DNA of 64,000 bases from an uncultured Sphingomonadales bacterium (lineage in GTDB: Bacteria; Pseudomonadota; Alphaproteobacteria; Sphingomonadales; Govanellaceae): assembly GCA_964508185.1 (NCBI GenBank), contig CAZDSS010000002.1, forward strand, positions 6,674-70,673. The letters are read 5' to 3'. Position numbers and translations under genes: made by a program. Below the pieces are notes generated by a model. The model was not told the origin of the DNA. It saw nothing but the letters and a program-made list of their open reading frames with translations, and did not search any database. Positions within the stretch are counted from its first letter, which is position 1. Every line of letters begins with the position of its first letter. This document shows positions 19,265 to 27,923 of this stretch, in pieces.

Positions 19265-20025
19265 GTTTGCGTCTTGAAAGAGACGGCGCCGTCGCCCGTC
19301 TGATCCTGGACCGCGCGGAAAAGCGCAATGCCTTCACCCAGGCCATGTGGGAAGAATTCCCGCGGCTTCTCGCTGACGCCATGAACGATTCCGCCGTCCG
19401 CGTCATGATCCTGCAGTCGGCGGCGCCCGGCATCTTCTCCGCCGGGGCTGATATCGCGGAATTCTCCACCGGCGCCCGCGATCCCCAGTGGCGCGCGCGC
19501 AACCAGGCGGCGATCCGCACGGCGCAGTACGAGCTTGCCCGCGCGCCAAAGCCGGTGATCGCCCTTGTGGACGGCGACTGCGTGGGCGGCGGCTGCGGCC
19601 TCGCGCTTGCCTGCGACATGCGGGTCGCCACCCCGCGCTCCCGCTTCGGCATCACGCCGGCGAAGCTCGGCCTCGTCTATTCGCTCCACGACACCAAGCT
19701 GCTCGTGGATCTCGTGGGGCCGGCCCAGGCCAAGCGCATCCTGTTCACGGCGCAGCTCATCGGCGCCGAGGAAGCGGCGCGCATCGGCATGGTGGAATTC
19801 CTGACCGATGACGCCGAGGCGCAGGCCCAGTCGCTTGCGGAAACCATCGCCCAGTCCTCGCCCCATTCGGTGCGCGAGACCAAGGCCATGGTGCGCCGCA
19901 TCCTCGACGGCCAGGCGGAGGACAACGACGAGACGCGCGCCCTGTTCGATGCGGCCTTCACCGGCCCCGATTTCGAAGAAGGGGTGTCGGCCTTCCTCGA
20001 GAAACGAAAGGCGGTCTTCAAATGA
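19261..20025 (+). CDS. Enoyl-CoA hydratase/isomerase (crotonase) family protein
   Basis: 254 aa. Crotonase motifs FSAGADI and DGDCVGGGCGLALACDMRVA. Confidence 0.9.
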   Translation: MSLRLERDGAVARLILDRAEKRNAFTQAMWEEFPRLLADAMNDSAVRVMILQSAAPGIFSAGADIAEFSTGARDPQWRARNQAAIRTAQYELARAPKPVIALVDGDCVGGGCGLALACDMRVATPRSRFGITPAKLGLVYSLHDTKLLVDLVGPAQAKRILFTAQLIGAEEAARIGMVEFLTDDAEAQAQSLAETIAQSSPHSVRETKAMVRRILDGQAEDNDETRALFDAAFTGPDFEEGVSAFLEKRKAVFK

Positions 20026-20924
20026 AGGGCGGGCTCACCCACGGGCAGATCGTCGGCGGCGTCATCACGACGCCCGATCTCGACGCGGCGATCACGGATT
20101 ACGCGGACAAGCTGCAGCTGACCCTCGTCGAGCGCGGCGCGATCGATGCCGACCTCGCCGCAAGCTGGGGCTGCCCGGCGAGCGCCGGCGCGCGCTTCGC
20201 CGCCCTGCAGCCGAAAAGCGGCGCCCATTGCTTCTTCCGCCTTGTGGAAGCACCCGTCCCCGCGGATTTCCGCCCCACCCGCACCTATGGCTGGGCGGCC
20301 TACGAGATGACCGTGCAGGACGTGACGGGCTGGCCGGAGCGCCTTGCCGGCAGCGGCTTCCGCATCGTGGGGCAGCCCAAGCCGCTCGACGGCCTTCCCT
20401 TCATCGTCGCCATGCAGATGCTGGGGCGCGGCGACGAGATGCTTTACCTCACCGAGATCTTCGGCGATACGCCGGGATCCGAACTGCCGCGCGCCGCATC
20501 CTTGTCCGACCACATCTTCATCGCCGTGCTTGCAAGCCCTGACCGCGAGGCGAGCGTCGCCTGGTATCGCGACCGCCTCAGGCTCGAGCCCGGCGGCAGC
20601 TATACCCTGACCTACACCATGATCAACAACGCCTTCGGCCTGCCGCCCACGCACCGCACCACCCTCACCATGGTGCAGAAGGGCGCGATGCCGATCATGG
20701 AGGTGAACGACTATCCGGCGGAGGCGACGGAGCGGCCCTGCAACCCCGGCATGCTGCCGCCGGGGAATTCGTTGCTCACCCTTGCGGTTGATAGCCTCGG
20801 TGCGCTCGATCTCCCCTTCATCGCGCAGCCCAGGCCGCGTGAAGGCGCGCTTTATGGCGGCCGCCGCGCGGCGACGGTGCGCGGGCCTGCGGGCGAGCTG
20901 GTGGAGCTTCTGGAAATCGCCTGA
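20022..20924 (+). CDS. Two-domain VOC (glyoxalase/dioxygenase)-like protein. Function unknown.
   Basis: 300-aa ORF, ATGA-coupled to the crotonase gene. The two repeated beta-alpha-beta-like halves suggest a VOC fold. No metal ligands are confidently assigned. Confidence 0.5.
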   Translation: MKGGLTHGQIVGGVITTPDLDAAITDYADKLQLTLVERGAIDADLAASWGCPASAGARFAALQPKSGAHCFFRLVEAPVPADFRPTRTYGWAAYEMTVQDVTGWPERLAGSGFRIVGQPKPLDGLPFIVAMQMLGRGDEMLYLTEIFGDTPGSELPRAASLSDHIFIAVLASPDREASVAWYRDRLRLEPGGSYTLTYTMINNAFGLPPTHRTTLTMVQKGAMPIMEVNDYPAEATERPCNPGMLPPGNSLLTLAVDSLGALDLPFIAQPRPREGALYGGRRAATVRGPAGELVELLEIA

Positions 20925-20931
20925 TCAGTTC

Positions 20932-20968
20932 AAAAAAATCCCGCCCCCGCGGAGCAATACGGGGGCGG
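20932..20968 (-). terminator. Intrinsic terminator between convergent genes, canonical for the minus-strand qor transcript
   Basis: A 9-bp GC stem (CCGCCCCCG 20941-20949 / CGGGGGCGG 20960-20968) with a 10-nt loop. On the minus strand it is followed by a U7 tract (A7 at 20932-20938). Confidence 0.7.
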
Positions 20969-20988
20969 CAGTGGTGCCATCCCTGTTG

Positions 20989-21963
20989 TCAGGGAAGAAG
21001 AATGCTCGAACCCGTGGTGCGGCGGCCTTCGAGATCCGCATGGGCCCTGGCCGCGTCACGCAAGGCATAGCGCTGGCCGATGGTGACCGAAAGCTTGCCT
21101 GAGCGCAACATGTCCCAGACCCGCGCGGCGCCCGCCGCCCGTTCGCCGGGTTCCGCGTAATAGTGATAGAGCGCCGGGCGCGTATGGAACAATGATCCCT
21201 TGCGCGCGAGCGGTCCCATGTCCACGGGCCCCGTGGGCGCGTCCGCATTGCCGTAGACGACGATGAGGCCGCGCACCCCGCAGCTGTCGATGGAGGCATC
21301 CCACGTCGCCTTGCCGACGCCGTCGAACACCACGCGGACACCGGCGCCGCCGGTGATTTCGCGCACCCGCGCCGCCGTGTCCTCCTCGGTATAGAGAATG
21401 AGGTGATCGGCCCCGGCGGCCCTCGCCGCTTCGGCCTTGGCGGGCGTGCTGACCGTGCCGATGACGACGGCGCCGACGGCCTTCAGCCACTGCAGGAGCA
21501 GAAGCCCGAGCCCCCCCGCCGCCGCATGGACGAGTACGGGTGAGCCCGGTTCCACCTTCGCGCAGCGTTCCACCAGGAACTCCGCCGTGCAGGCCTTGAG
21601 GAAGGCGGCGGCCGCCACTTCGTCCGAAATGTCGTCGGGGATGGGGAACCACAGGAATTCGTCCAGCACCCGCTCGGTCGCGTAGCTCCCGATGTCGGGG
21701 CCGAAGGTCACGACGCGGTCACCGGGCTTGAAGCGGGTGACCCCCTCGCCCACCGCTTCCACGACGCCTGCGGCCTCGACCCCGAGGCCGGTGGGCAGCG
21801 ATACGGGATAGATTCCGCGCCGGTGATAGGTGTCGATGAAATTGACGCCGATCGCGGTGTGGCGGACGCGAACCTCCGTGCCGCGCGGCGCCGGAATGTC
21901 GACCTCCTCGAAGCGGATGACGTCGGGCGAGCCGGTCTCATGGACGCGGGCGACAAGCGCCAT
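20989..21963 (-). CDS. qor: NADPH:quinone oxidoreductase (zinc-independent MDR family)
   Basis: 324 aa. MDR pattern GVNFIDTYHRRGIYP and nucleotide motif AAAGGLGLLLLQW. Confidence 0.85.
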   Translation of the reverse strand: MALVARVHETGSPDVIRFEEVDIPAPRGTEVRVRHTAIGVNFIDTYHRRGIYPVSLPTGLGVEAAGVVEAVGEGVTRFKPGDRVVTFGPDIGSYATERVLDEFLWFPIPDDISDEVAAAAFLKACTAEFLVERCAKVEPGSPVLVHAAAGGLGLLLLQWLKAVGAVVIGTVSTPAKAEAARAAGADHLILYTEEDTAARVREITGGAGVRVVFDGVGKATWDASIDSCGVRGLIVVYGNADAPTGPVDMGPLARKGSLFHTRPALYHYYAEPGERAAGAARVWDMLRSGKLSVTIGQRYALRDAARAHADLEGRRTTGSSILLP

Positions 21964-21974
21964 GTCGCCCTCCG

Positions 21975-22283
21975 TTACCAGGTCTTGCCGCCGACCCAGT
22001 CGCCGGCGGCGGCATTGAAGGCGCTGATCTCGATGCGATCCCAGATGTCGGCGCGGAAATAGGGATCCTGCTCCAGAAAGGCGCGGGCGTCTTCAACGCT
22101 TTCCGCCTTCACCACCAGAAGGGATCCCACGAAATTCCCCGCCTCGTCCCGCAGCGGCCCGGCGACCGCGATGCGGTCCAGCACCTTTTCCACATGGGCG
22201 AGATGCTGCATGAGCTTTTCCTTGCGCACCGCGCCGGCGCCGGGCTTGTCGCGGGTGACGATCGCATAGAGACCAGACATCAT
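21975..22283 (-). CDS. YciI-family protein
   Basis: 102 aa with a YciI-like pattern (H...GPL...G...DPY). Confidence 0.75.
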   Translation of the reverse strand: MMSGLYAIVTRDKPGAGAVRKEKLMQHLAHVEKVLDRIAVAGPLRDEAGNFVGSLLVVKAESVEDARAFLEQDPYFRADIWDRIEISAFNAAAGDWVGGKTW

Positions 22284-22301
22284 TCTTGCTCCCCTGTTGT
22301 C

Positions 22302-22331
22302 GTTCGCCCGGACGACCCCGCCCGGGCGAAC
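22302..22331 (-). terminator. Stem-loop downstream of the TBDR gene. Possible terminator or mRNA stabiliser.
   Basis: A 10-bp inverted repeat (GTTCGCCCGG 22302-22311 / CCGGGCGAAC 22322-22331). There is no U-tract, so the function is uncertain. Confidence 0.35.
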
Positions 22332-22344
22332 ATGACCTAGCCTA

Positions 22345-24729
22345 TCAGAACGCCTTGCGGACGATCACGCCCCATTCGGCCTTCGAGGGCGGCGTGATGC
22401 TGAAGGCGCGGACCGAATCGCCCGTCGCCGCAGCCGGCACGCCGAGATCGATATAGCGCATGATGCCGTCCGGCGTCTCGTTGCCGAGCACGTTCTTGCC
22501 GTAGGCGGTGACGCGCCAGCCGTTGTTGTCGGTCACGCCCGCCTGCAGGTTGACCTTGGTGGCGTCGCCGGTATGGGCCAGGTTGTGCACCTGGGCGTAG
22601 AAGCGGCTGCGATAGATCACGTCGATGCCGGAGAAGAACGCCCAACCGTTTCCGATCTCGTGATCGAAGCGCAGGCCGATGGCGCCGTTATGCTTGGATA
22701 CCAGCGGCGGACGCTGGCCGACGATGGACGCCGCCTCGCGGCAGCCCGGAAGGTCGAGATTGATGGCCGAGCCGGTCTTGCAGGCCGCGCCCAGCAGCAG
22801 GACCGCATGATCGGGCTCGACACCCTCGCGGATCTTGGCATCCAGATAGGTGTAGTTGAACTGCAGGGTGAACATGCGGTTGGCGAGCGGCAGCGCGCCT
22901 TCCACCTCGATCCCGCGGATCCGCGTCTTGCCGATATTGGCCTTGTAGGAGTCGATCAGGGTTTCGGTCACATAGGTGTTGGTCAGGACCTGGTTCTTGT
23001 AGTTCTGCCAGAAGGCCGAAACGTTCAGGTAGTCGAAGCCGAACTTCGAGGTCTTGAAGCCGATTTCGTAGTTGATGAGCTTCTCTTCGTCATAGGTGGT
23101 GGTCGGCGCGGTCAGCGGGTTGAAGCCGCCCGGCGAGTTGCCCTGGGAATACTGGGCATAGACCGACCAGTCGCGGGCGGGCGACCAGTTGACGGTGACG
23201 CGCGGCAGGGTCGCCTTGAACTTGGCGTTGCGCTCGCCAGCCGTGCCGACGATCTGGTCGGGGTTCGGGTACAGGAGCTCCGCCAGTTCCTCGTCGCTGA
23301 AGAGGTCGCCGGCGCGGTAGGTGACGCCGGTCGAGCGCACCTTGTCGATCTGGCGACGCAGCTCGGCGCCGATGGTGAGGTCCTCGGTCACGTCCAGATC
23401 GATGCCGCCGAAGAAGGCGAGGTTCTTGACCCGCGTGGCATCAGGCAGGATGTCGAGGCCCACTTCCGTCGCCTCCACATAGTCCGGATTGGGCTTCACG
23501 CGGTCGCGGCTGGTGAACACACCGACGCGCCAGCGGAAGCGATCCGCGCCGGGCGAGGTCAGGCGCCATTCATAGGTCTCGGTCTCGCGCTTCAGGCCGT
23601 CGGTGGTGTTGAACGGCGACTGGCTGCAGTCCTGGTTGCCGATCGGAATGAAGGCGCAGGCGCCGCGGAACAGGAAGAAGTTGCGGTCGTCGAAGGACTG
23701 GTCGGTGCCCACCACCTGGACCATGTCGCTGTAGCCCACCTGGAACGACGCCTCGTAGCCCGAGCCCATGATGTCCCAGCGAATGTCGCCGATGAAGCGG
23801 TCGGCGTTGCGGTAGAGGCCCGGCCGCATCAGGCGGTCCGTATTGATCCCGTAGGACTTGGGAACCTGCACCTCGCCGCAGTAGTACTGGCGGGTATCCA
23901 GAAAGCAGTTGTTCTCGGACGCGGGCTGCAGGCCGATGGCATAATGGCCGTCGTCGTCCTTCTGATGGATCCACTGCACGGAGGCGCTGATGTCCGGCGT
24001 CGGATCAAGGAACACGCCCGCCATGTACTGATGCGTCTTCTCGTCGCCAAGGCGCTCGCCCGGGATCAGCGCATTGTCGTACTGGCCGTTCACGTCATAG
24101 AACTTGAAACCCGCCTGAACGCCGAGCCAGGGGGTGACCGGCGTCGAAAGGAAAGCGCTGAATTCCTTGCGGTTGTAGTTGCCCACATTGGCCGTCACCT
24201 GCCCCTCGAGCTCCTCGCCCGGGCGCTTCAACACCACGTTGACGGCGCCGCTCAGGGTGCCGCGGCCGAAGACCGCCGACTGCGGGCCCTTGATGACCTC
24301 GACCCGCTCCACATTGGCGAGATCGAGCGACGAGAAGTCGCCGAGATAGGGCACGCCATTGAGGAACACGCCCACCTTGCCCTCGGCCATGAGGATGTTG
24401 GACGCGCCGCGGATCACCGGACGGTCGCCGTTGCGGCCGAAGGCCTCCTGGATCTGGAAGCCGGGGGTGAATTCGGCGATGTCCACGATGCTCTGCACCA
24501 GCCGGTCTTCCATGCGCAGGGAGTCGAAGGCGCTGACGGCGATCGGCACGTCCATCAGGCTTTCCTCGCGCTTGCGCGCCGTGACCACGATGTTCTCGAG
24601 GGTCATGGACTGGCTGGACGCCGTGGGCGCGGCGTCCTGCGCCTGGGCGTAGACGGGCGCCGCGAAGGCGACGGCAGCCGCGGACAGCATGAGGTTGAGG
24701 CGGCGAAGAGAATGCAGTCTGTGGGTCAT
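22345..24729 (-). CDS. TonB-dependent receptor
   Basis: 794 aa. Signal peptide ending AAPVYAQA. Plug region IVVTARKREESLMDVPIAVSAF and VEVIKGPQSAVFGRGTLSGAVNV. C-terminal Phe. Confidence 0.92.
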   Translation of the reverse strand: MTHRLHSLRRLNLMLSAAAVAFAAPVYAQAQDAAPTASSQSMTLENIVVTARKREESLMDVPIAVSAFDSLRMEDRLVQSIVDIAEFTPGFQIQEAFGRNGDRPVIRGASNILMAEGKVGVFLNGVPYLGDFSSLDLANVERVEVIKGPQSAVFGRGTLSGAVNVVLKRPGEELEGQVTANVGNYNRKEFSAFLSTPVTPWLGVQAGFKFYDVNGQYDNALIPGERLGDEKTHQYMAGVFLDPTPDISASVQWIHQKDDDGHYAIGLQPASENNCFLDTRQYYCGEVQVPKSYGINTDRLMRPGLYRNADRFIGDIRWDIMGSGYEASFQVGYSDMVQVVGTDQSFDDRNFFLFRGACAFIPIGNQDCSQSPFNTTDGLKRETETYEWRLTSPGADRFRWRVGVFTSRDRVKPNPDYVEATEVGLDILPDATRVKNLAFFGGIDLDVTEDLTIGAELRRQIDKVRSTGVTYRAGDLFSDEELAELLYPNPDQIVGTAGERNAKFKATLPRVTVNWSPARDWSVYAQYSQGNSPGGFNPLTAPTTTYDEEKLINYEIGFKTSKFGFDYLNVSAFWQNYKNQVLTNTYVTETLIDSYKANIGKTRIRGIEVEGALPLANRMFTLQFNYTYLDAKIREGVEPDHAVLLLGAACKTGSAINLDLPGCREAASIVGQRPPLVSKHNGAIGLRFDHEIGNGWAFFSGIDVIYRSRFYAQVHNLAHTGDATKVNLQAGVTDNNGWRVTAYGKNVLGNETPDGIMRYIDLGVPAAATGDSVRAFSITPPSKAEWGVIVRKAF

Positions 24730-24799
24730 TTGCAGAAACCTCCCTGACGGATTTGCAACTTCTATTGGTTCGAATTCAGCCTAGATTTGGCCGCGTATC

Positions 24800-24811
24800 T
24801 TGTCCAGACAA
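24800..24811 (-). promoter_or_regulatory. Operator copy 3 (TTGTCCAGACAA), 71 nt upstream of the TBDR start codon
   Basis: The minus strand reads ACTTGAAGGAAAATTTGTCTGGACAAGAT. The flank and orientation are the same as copy 2. It lies in an AT-rich 183-bp intergenic region. Confidence 0.6.
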
Positions 24812-24912
24812 ATTTTCCTTCAAGTCTTTCCAGATACCGCTCATATCCAACCTAAACTGCGCTTTGATGATCTGAGTTCAGGTAAAAGATTAACTCAAAA
24901 TTGGATCCAACA

Positions 24913-26496
24913 TTAACGGCCCAGCCCGATGACGCCGGGATTCATCAGGCGACCGGGATCCAGGATCGCCTTGATGCCTTTGAGAAGCTCGGCCGGAACG
25001 GGGGACAGCGCCTCGAGATAGGGATAGGTCCGGCCGATCTGGTTCGATGCGGCCCCGAGCTTTCGGAAAAGCTGCACCGTCTCGAGGCGCAGCTGGTCTA
25101 CGAGCTTGCGGGCCGCGGGATTGGTCTCAGGCTCCGTCATCTTCTGCAGGAAGGCGGGCTCCGGCGCGCGGCGGTGGAGCGGCTGCCAGGAATCCTTCCA
25201 GTGGAACACGGGCTCGAAGCTGAAGGCATGGTTGGAGAGCGCCGAGGCGAGCCGGGTAAGCCACACGCCATGCGCCGCCATTTCGGAAAGATAGGGCGCG
25301 ATCATGGCGTCGAACGCCGCGATAAGATCGCGCGCGTCGGAATGCGCCACCTTGGCGTTCAGCGCCGCCCAGCGGCTGCCGTCGGCGCCGAGCACCGCAT
25401 TGAGATCCTGGAAAAGCGTCGCCCGCGCGACCCGCGGAATGGTGGGCGCGACCGGCCGCCCGCCGAGATCGGCGGCGATCCGCGCCGCGCGACGGAGGTC
25501 GTGCCGCACGGCGGCGGCGCAGCGCCCGGCCGCCGTCATGTGGAGGGAATAGTGCCCCGGCGGGATGAACTGCGTCCCCCCGCGGGCGAGGGACAGAAGC
25601 GCCGATGCCGCGCGCAGCGGTCCGCCCGCACGGCGCGCGACGGAGAGCGCCGTCCGCAGTTTTTCGCCGCCATCCGCCGCGATCGCCCCGGTGGAGACGG
25701 GATCGAGCACATAGATTTCTTCGGCGAGATCCGCCCGCGCAATGGCCGAAAGCGCATCGGCCGCATGCGCGAGATCGGCGAAGGCGAAGCTCAGATAGTC
25801 CTCATGCCGCGGCGCTTCGATGAGGCGCAGGCTTGCCGCCGTCTTGATGCCGAAGGCGCCGCCGTCATGGGTGAAAAGGCCGGTGAGATCGGGCCCGAAG
25901 CTGCGGAGGAACGGCTTCGCGCCCACGGCGAGCGCCCCCTGCCCCGTCCTCAGGATGCGCCCGTCGGCCAGCACCACTTCGAGCCCCAGCACCATCTCGG
26001 CGGCGGAGCCGTAGCGGGCCGAGCCGAAGAACAGCGCCCCGTGGGACAGCCCGCCGCCGACCGTGGCGCCCGCGCCGGAAAAGGTGCCGAAGAACGGCAG
26101 CCGCAGCCCCCGCGGCTTCAGCGCCGCCGCGATTTGGCGCCAGGTGACGCCCGCTTCCACCGTCATCACCATGTCCTGTTCCGATATGTGGATGATGCGG
26201 TCGAGGGCCGAAAGGTCGAAGGTCACGGACCTGTCCGTCGGCGGCGCATAGCCGCCCGTATAGCTGAGCCCGCCGCCCCGCGGCAGGACGGCATAGCCGC
26301 GGGACGTTGCGGCGGCGACAGCGGCGGCAAGGGCATCCCGGTCCTGCGGCCGCACCACGGCGGCCGGCAGCGCGCCCGTCACATGGAGATCGGCGGCGGC
26401 AAGCCGCCGGGCCTCCATGTCCGTGAGGACGGAGCCCTTGCCCGCGGCGCTTTCCAGCGCCGCCAGCAGGTCCTGGTCGGTCACATGGGTTTCCAC
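24913..26496 (-). CDS. FAD-binding (PCMH-type, GlcD-like) oxidoreductase, paralog of 144-1712
   Basis: Motifs AVLPRGGGLSYTGGY and VEAGVTW...LKPRGL. I trimmed the ORF-track 650-aa ORF to the in-frame GTG at 26496; the extension overlaps the real membrane gene. The GTG at 26484 is an alternative. Confidence 0.82.
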   Translation of the reverse strand: METHVTDQDLLAALESAAGKGSVLTDMEARRLAAADLHVTGALPAAVVRPQDRDALAAAVAAATSRGYAVLPRGGGLSYTGGYAPPTDRSVTFDLSALDRIIHISEQDMVMTVEAGVTWRQIAAALKPRGLRLPFFGTFSGAGATVGGGLSHGALFFGSARYGSAAEMVLGLEVVLADGRILRTGQGALAVGAKPFLRSFGPDLTGLFTHDGGAFGIKTAASLRLIEAPRHEDYLSFAFADLAHAADALSAIARADLAEEIYVLDPVSTGAIAADGGEKLRTALSVARRAGGPLRAASALLSLARGGTQFIPPGHYSLHMTAAGRCAAAVRHDLRRAARIAADLGGRPVAPTIPRVARATLFQDLNAVLGADGSRWAALNAKVAHSDARDLIAAFDAMIAPYLSEMAAHGVWLTRLASALSNHAFSFEPVFHWKDSWQPLHRRAPEPAFLQKMTEPETNPAARKLVDQLRLETVQLFRKLGAASNQIGRTYPYLEALSPVPAELLKGIKAILDPGRLMNPGVIGLGR

Positions 26497-27143
26497 AGGC
26501 TGACGACCACGATTCCGGCGATGAACACCCAAAGCAGGATCAGCACGCTGGTGGCCCGCCAATAGGTGCGGCGGATGATGGCGTTGGTCTCGTCCGTCGG
26601 CCCCTCCTTGGCCATTCTGGCCCAGGTGCGGAAGTGGGACAGAAGCGCGATGCGGATCCCGACGCCCGACGCCATCACCCCGGCAAAGAGGCCGAGCTTC
26701 CAGCGCAGGAACAGCGGCATGGGCCAGTCGCCGCCGATGAGCCCGAAGGCGAGCGCGATGAGGATGACCATCAGCACATAGCGCGAACCGCGGTCGAAGG
26801 TCTGGAGCTTCTTGCCCACGGGCGTCTTGCGCAGGCGGTGCGTCACCTCCACAAAGGCGAGCCACAGGGCGGCAATGATGCCGGCGGCGATGGCCACGGT
26901 CTCGCCCCCGGGGAACCAGCCGTAAAGGGCGGCGATCGCCGTCCCCAGCCCCGCCTGCAGGATGAGGGCGTAGCGCACATGCTGGTCCACCTTCATGACA
27001 TGGTCCATGAGGCGCGAGCGGTCCGGGAACGGCAGCTCGTCATGATAGCAGACATAGCGGTAGGTGCTGTTGATGACCAGCTCGGACCCGAGCCAGTAGC
27101 CGAGCACGGTGATATGGGCGGCGAGCAGCCAGGAAATGATCAT
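26481..27143 (-). CDS. Polytopic membrane protein of unknown function (paralog family M, copy 2)
   Basis: 220 aa, about 6 TM segments. Motifs H-ITVLGY-WLGSE and KVDQHVR. The ATG overlaps the stop of the upstream family-S gene (ATGA at 27140-27143). Confidence 0.8.
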   Translation of the reverse strand: MIISWLLAAHITVLGYWLGSELVINSTYRYVCYHDELPFPDRSRLMDHVMKVDQHVRYALILQAGLGTAIAALYGWFPGGETVAIAAGIIAALWLAFVEVTHRLRKTPVGKKLQTFDRGSRYVLMVILIALAFGLIGGDWPMPLFLRWKLGLFAGVMASGVGIRIALLSHFRTWARMAKEGPTDETNAIIRRTYWRATSVLILLWVFIAGIVVVSLWKPM

Positions 27144-27892
27144 CGCGCGTCTCCCGTGGCGTCGTAAGCGGTGAGTTCGTAGGCGGTCATCATGTAGCCG
27201 CCGACGGTGGCCTTCAGCAGCACGTAATCACCATCGGCCGTGCACCAGAGATCATAGGGCGGATAGGCTTCGGGCAGCCCCGGCACGTCCACCATGCGGA
27301 AATGGAGGGCGTCGAACCGTCCCGCCGCCACGGTGAGCTTGGTCGGGCCCACATACTGGATCGCGAGATCGGTGCGGAAAAGAAGCGGCCCCGTCGCCCC
27401 GCGGTGGTCTGGGGACGACAGCAGGATGTCCCGGATCACCTGGACGCCTGGGCCTTGAGAGAGGTCGTAGAGGGAGAGAAGAAACCCGTCATTGACCATG
27501 GCATGGTTGCCGAAGGCGACCAGAGGCTTGTCGAGCGCCATCGTCTGGGTGACGCGCCCTTCCGCCGTGGTGAAGGCCTCGCACTCGGCCAGATCATCGG
27601 CAAAGCGGAACCAGCCCGAGCCGCGGAAAGCCCCGCCCACCGCGATGCGCACGAAGCCCTCGAGCGGCCGGTTGTCGGGGCCGAGGCGCAAGCTCACGTC
27701 GCGCACCACGGCGGGGGCGTCATCGATCTCGCCGTGGGCGGCGATCACCCGCGAGCCGTCCTGATGGATGTCCATGCGGAACTGCTCACGCCCGCGCTCG
27801 GCGCCCTTCCGTTCGGGCTTGTCGCTCGTATAGCGGATATAGCCCGTGATGCTGCGGCGAACGCCGCCGGTCGCTTGCCTGTTCGCCATCAT
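27140..27892 (-). CDS. Cytoplasmic protein of unknown function (paralog family S, copy 1)
   Basis: 250 aa with no signal peptide. AGGAGGGGGA lies upstream of the ATG. Collinear with 36580-37290: DGSR, GxGWxRF, FGxH, SSxxHxGxxGP, TVxAGxF, LWC, GGYxxTxYEL. Confidence 0.8.
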   Translation of the reverse strand: MMANRQATGGVRRSITGYIRYTSDKPERKGAERGREQFRMDIHQDGSRVIAAHGEIDDAPAVVRDVSLRLGPDNRPLEGFVRIAVGGAFRGSGWFRFADDLAECEAFTTAEGRVTQTMALDKPLVAFGNHAMVNDGFLLSLYDLSQGPGVQVIRDILLSSPDHRGATGPLLFRTDLAIQYVGPTKLTVAAGRFDALHFRMVDVPGLPEAYPPYDLWCTADGDYVLLKATVGGYMMTAYELTAYDATGDAR

Positions 27893-27923
27893 CTCCCCCT
27901 CCTAGAACCTGCTCCCCCCTGCC

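Noticed and set aside
24766-24776. GGTTCGAATTC, which resembles a tRNA T-loop (GGTTCGAATCC)
   Set aside because: The flanking bases cannot form the T-arm stem (ATTGG versus TCAGC). No acceptor, D or anticodon arms can be drawn nearby. It is not a tRNA and not a convincing tRNA remnant.
26497-26865. N-terminal 123-codon extension of the FAD-oxidase ORF (the ORF track gives 24913-26865)
   Set aside because: The extension is Arg/Pro/Gly-rich. It overlaps the bona fide membrane gene 26481-27143 and has no counterpart in the paralog 144-1712. An in-frame GTG at 26496 gives a 527-aa protein that matches the paralog's length.
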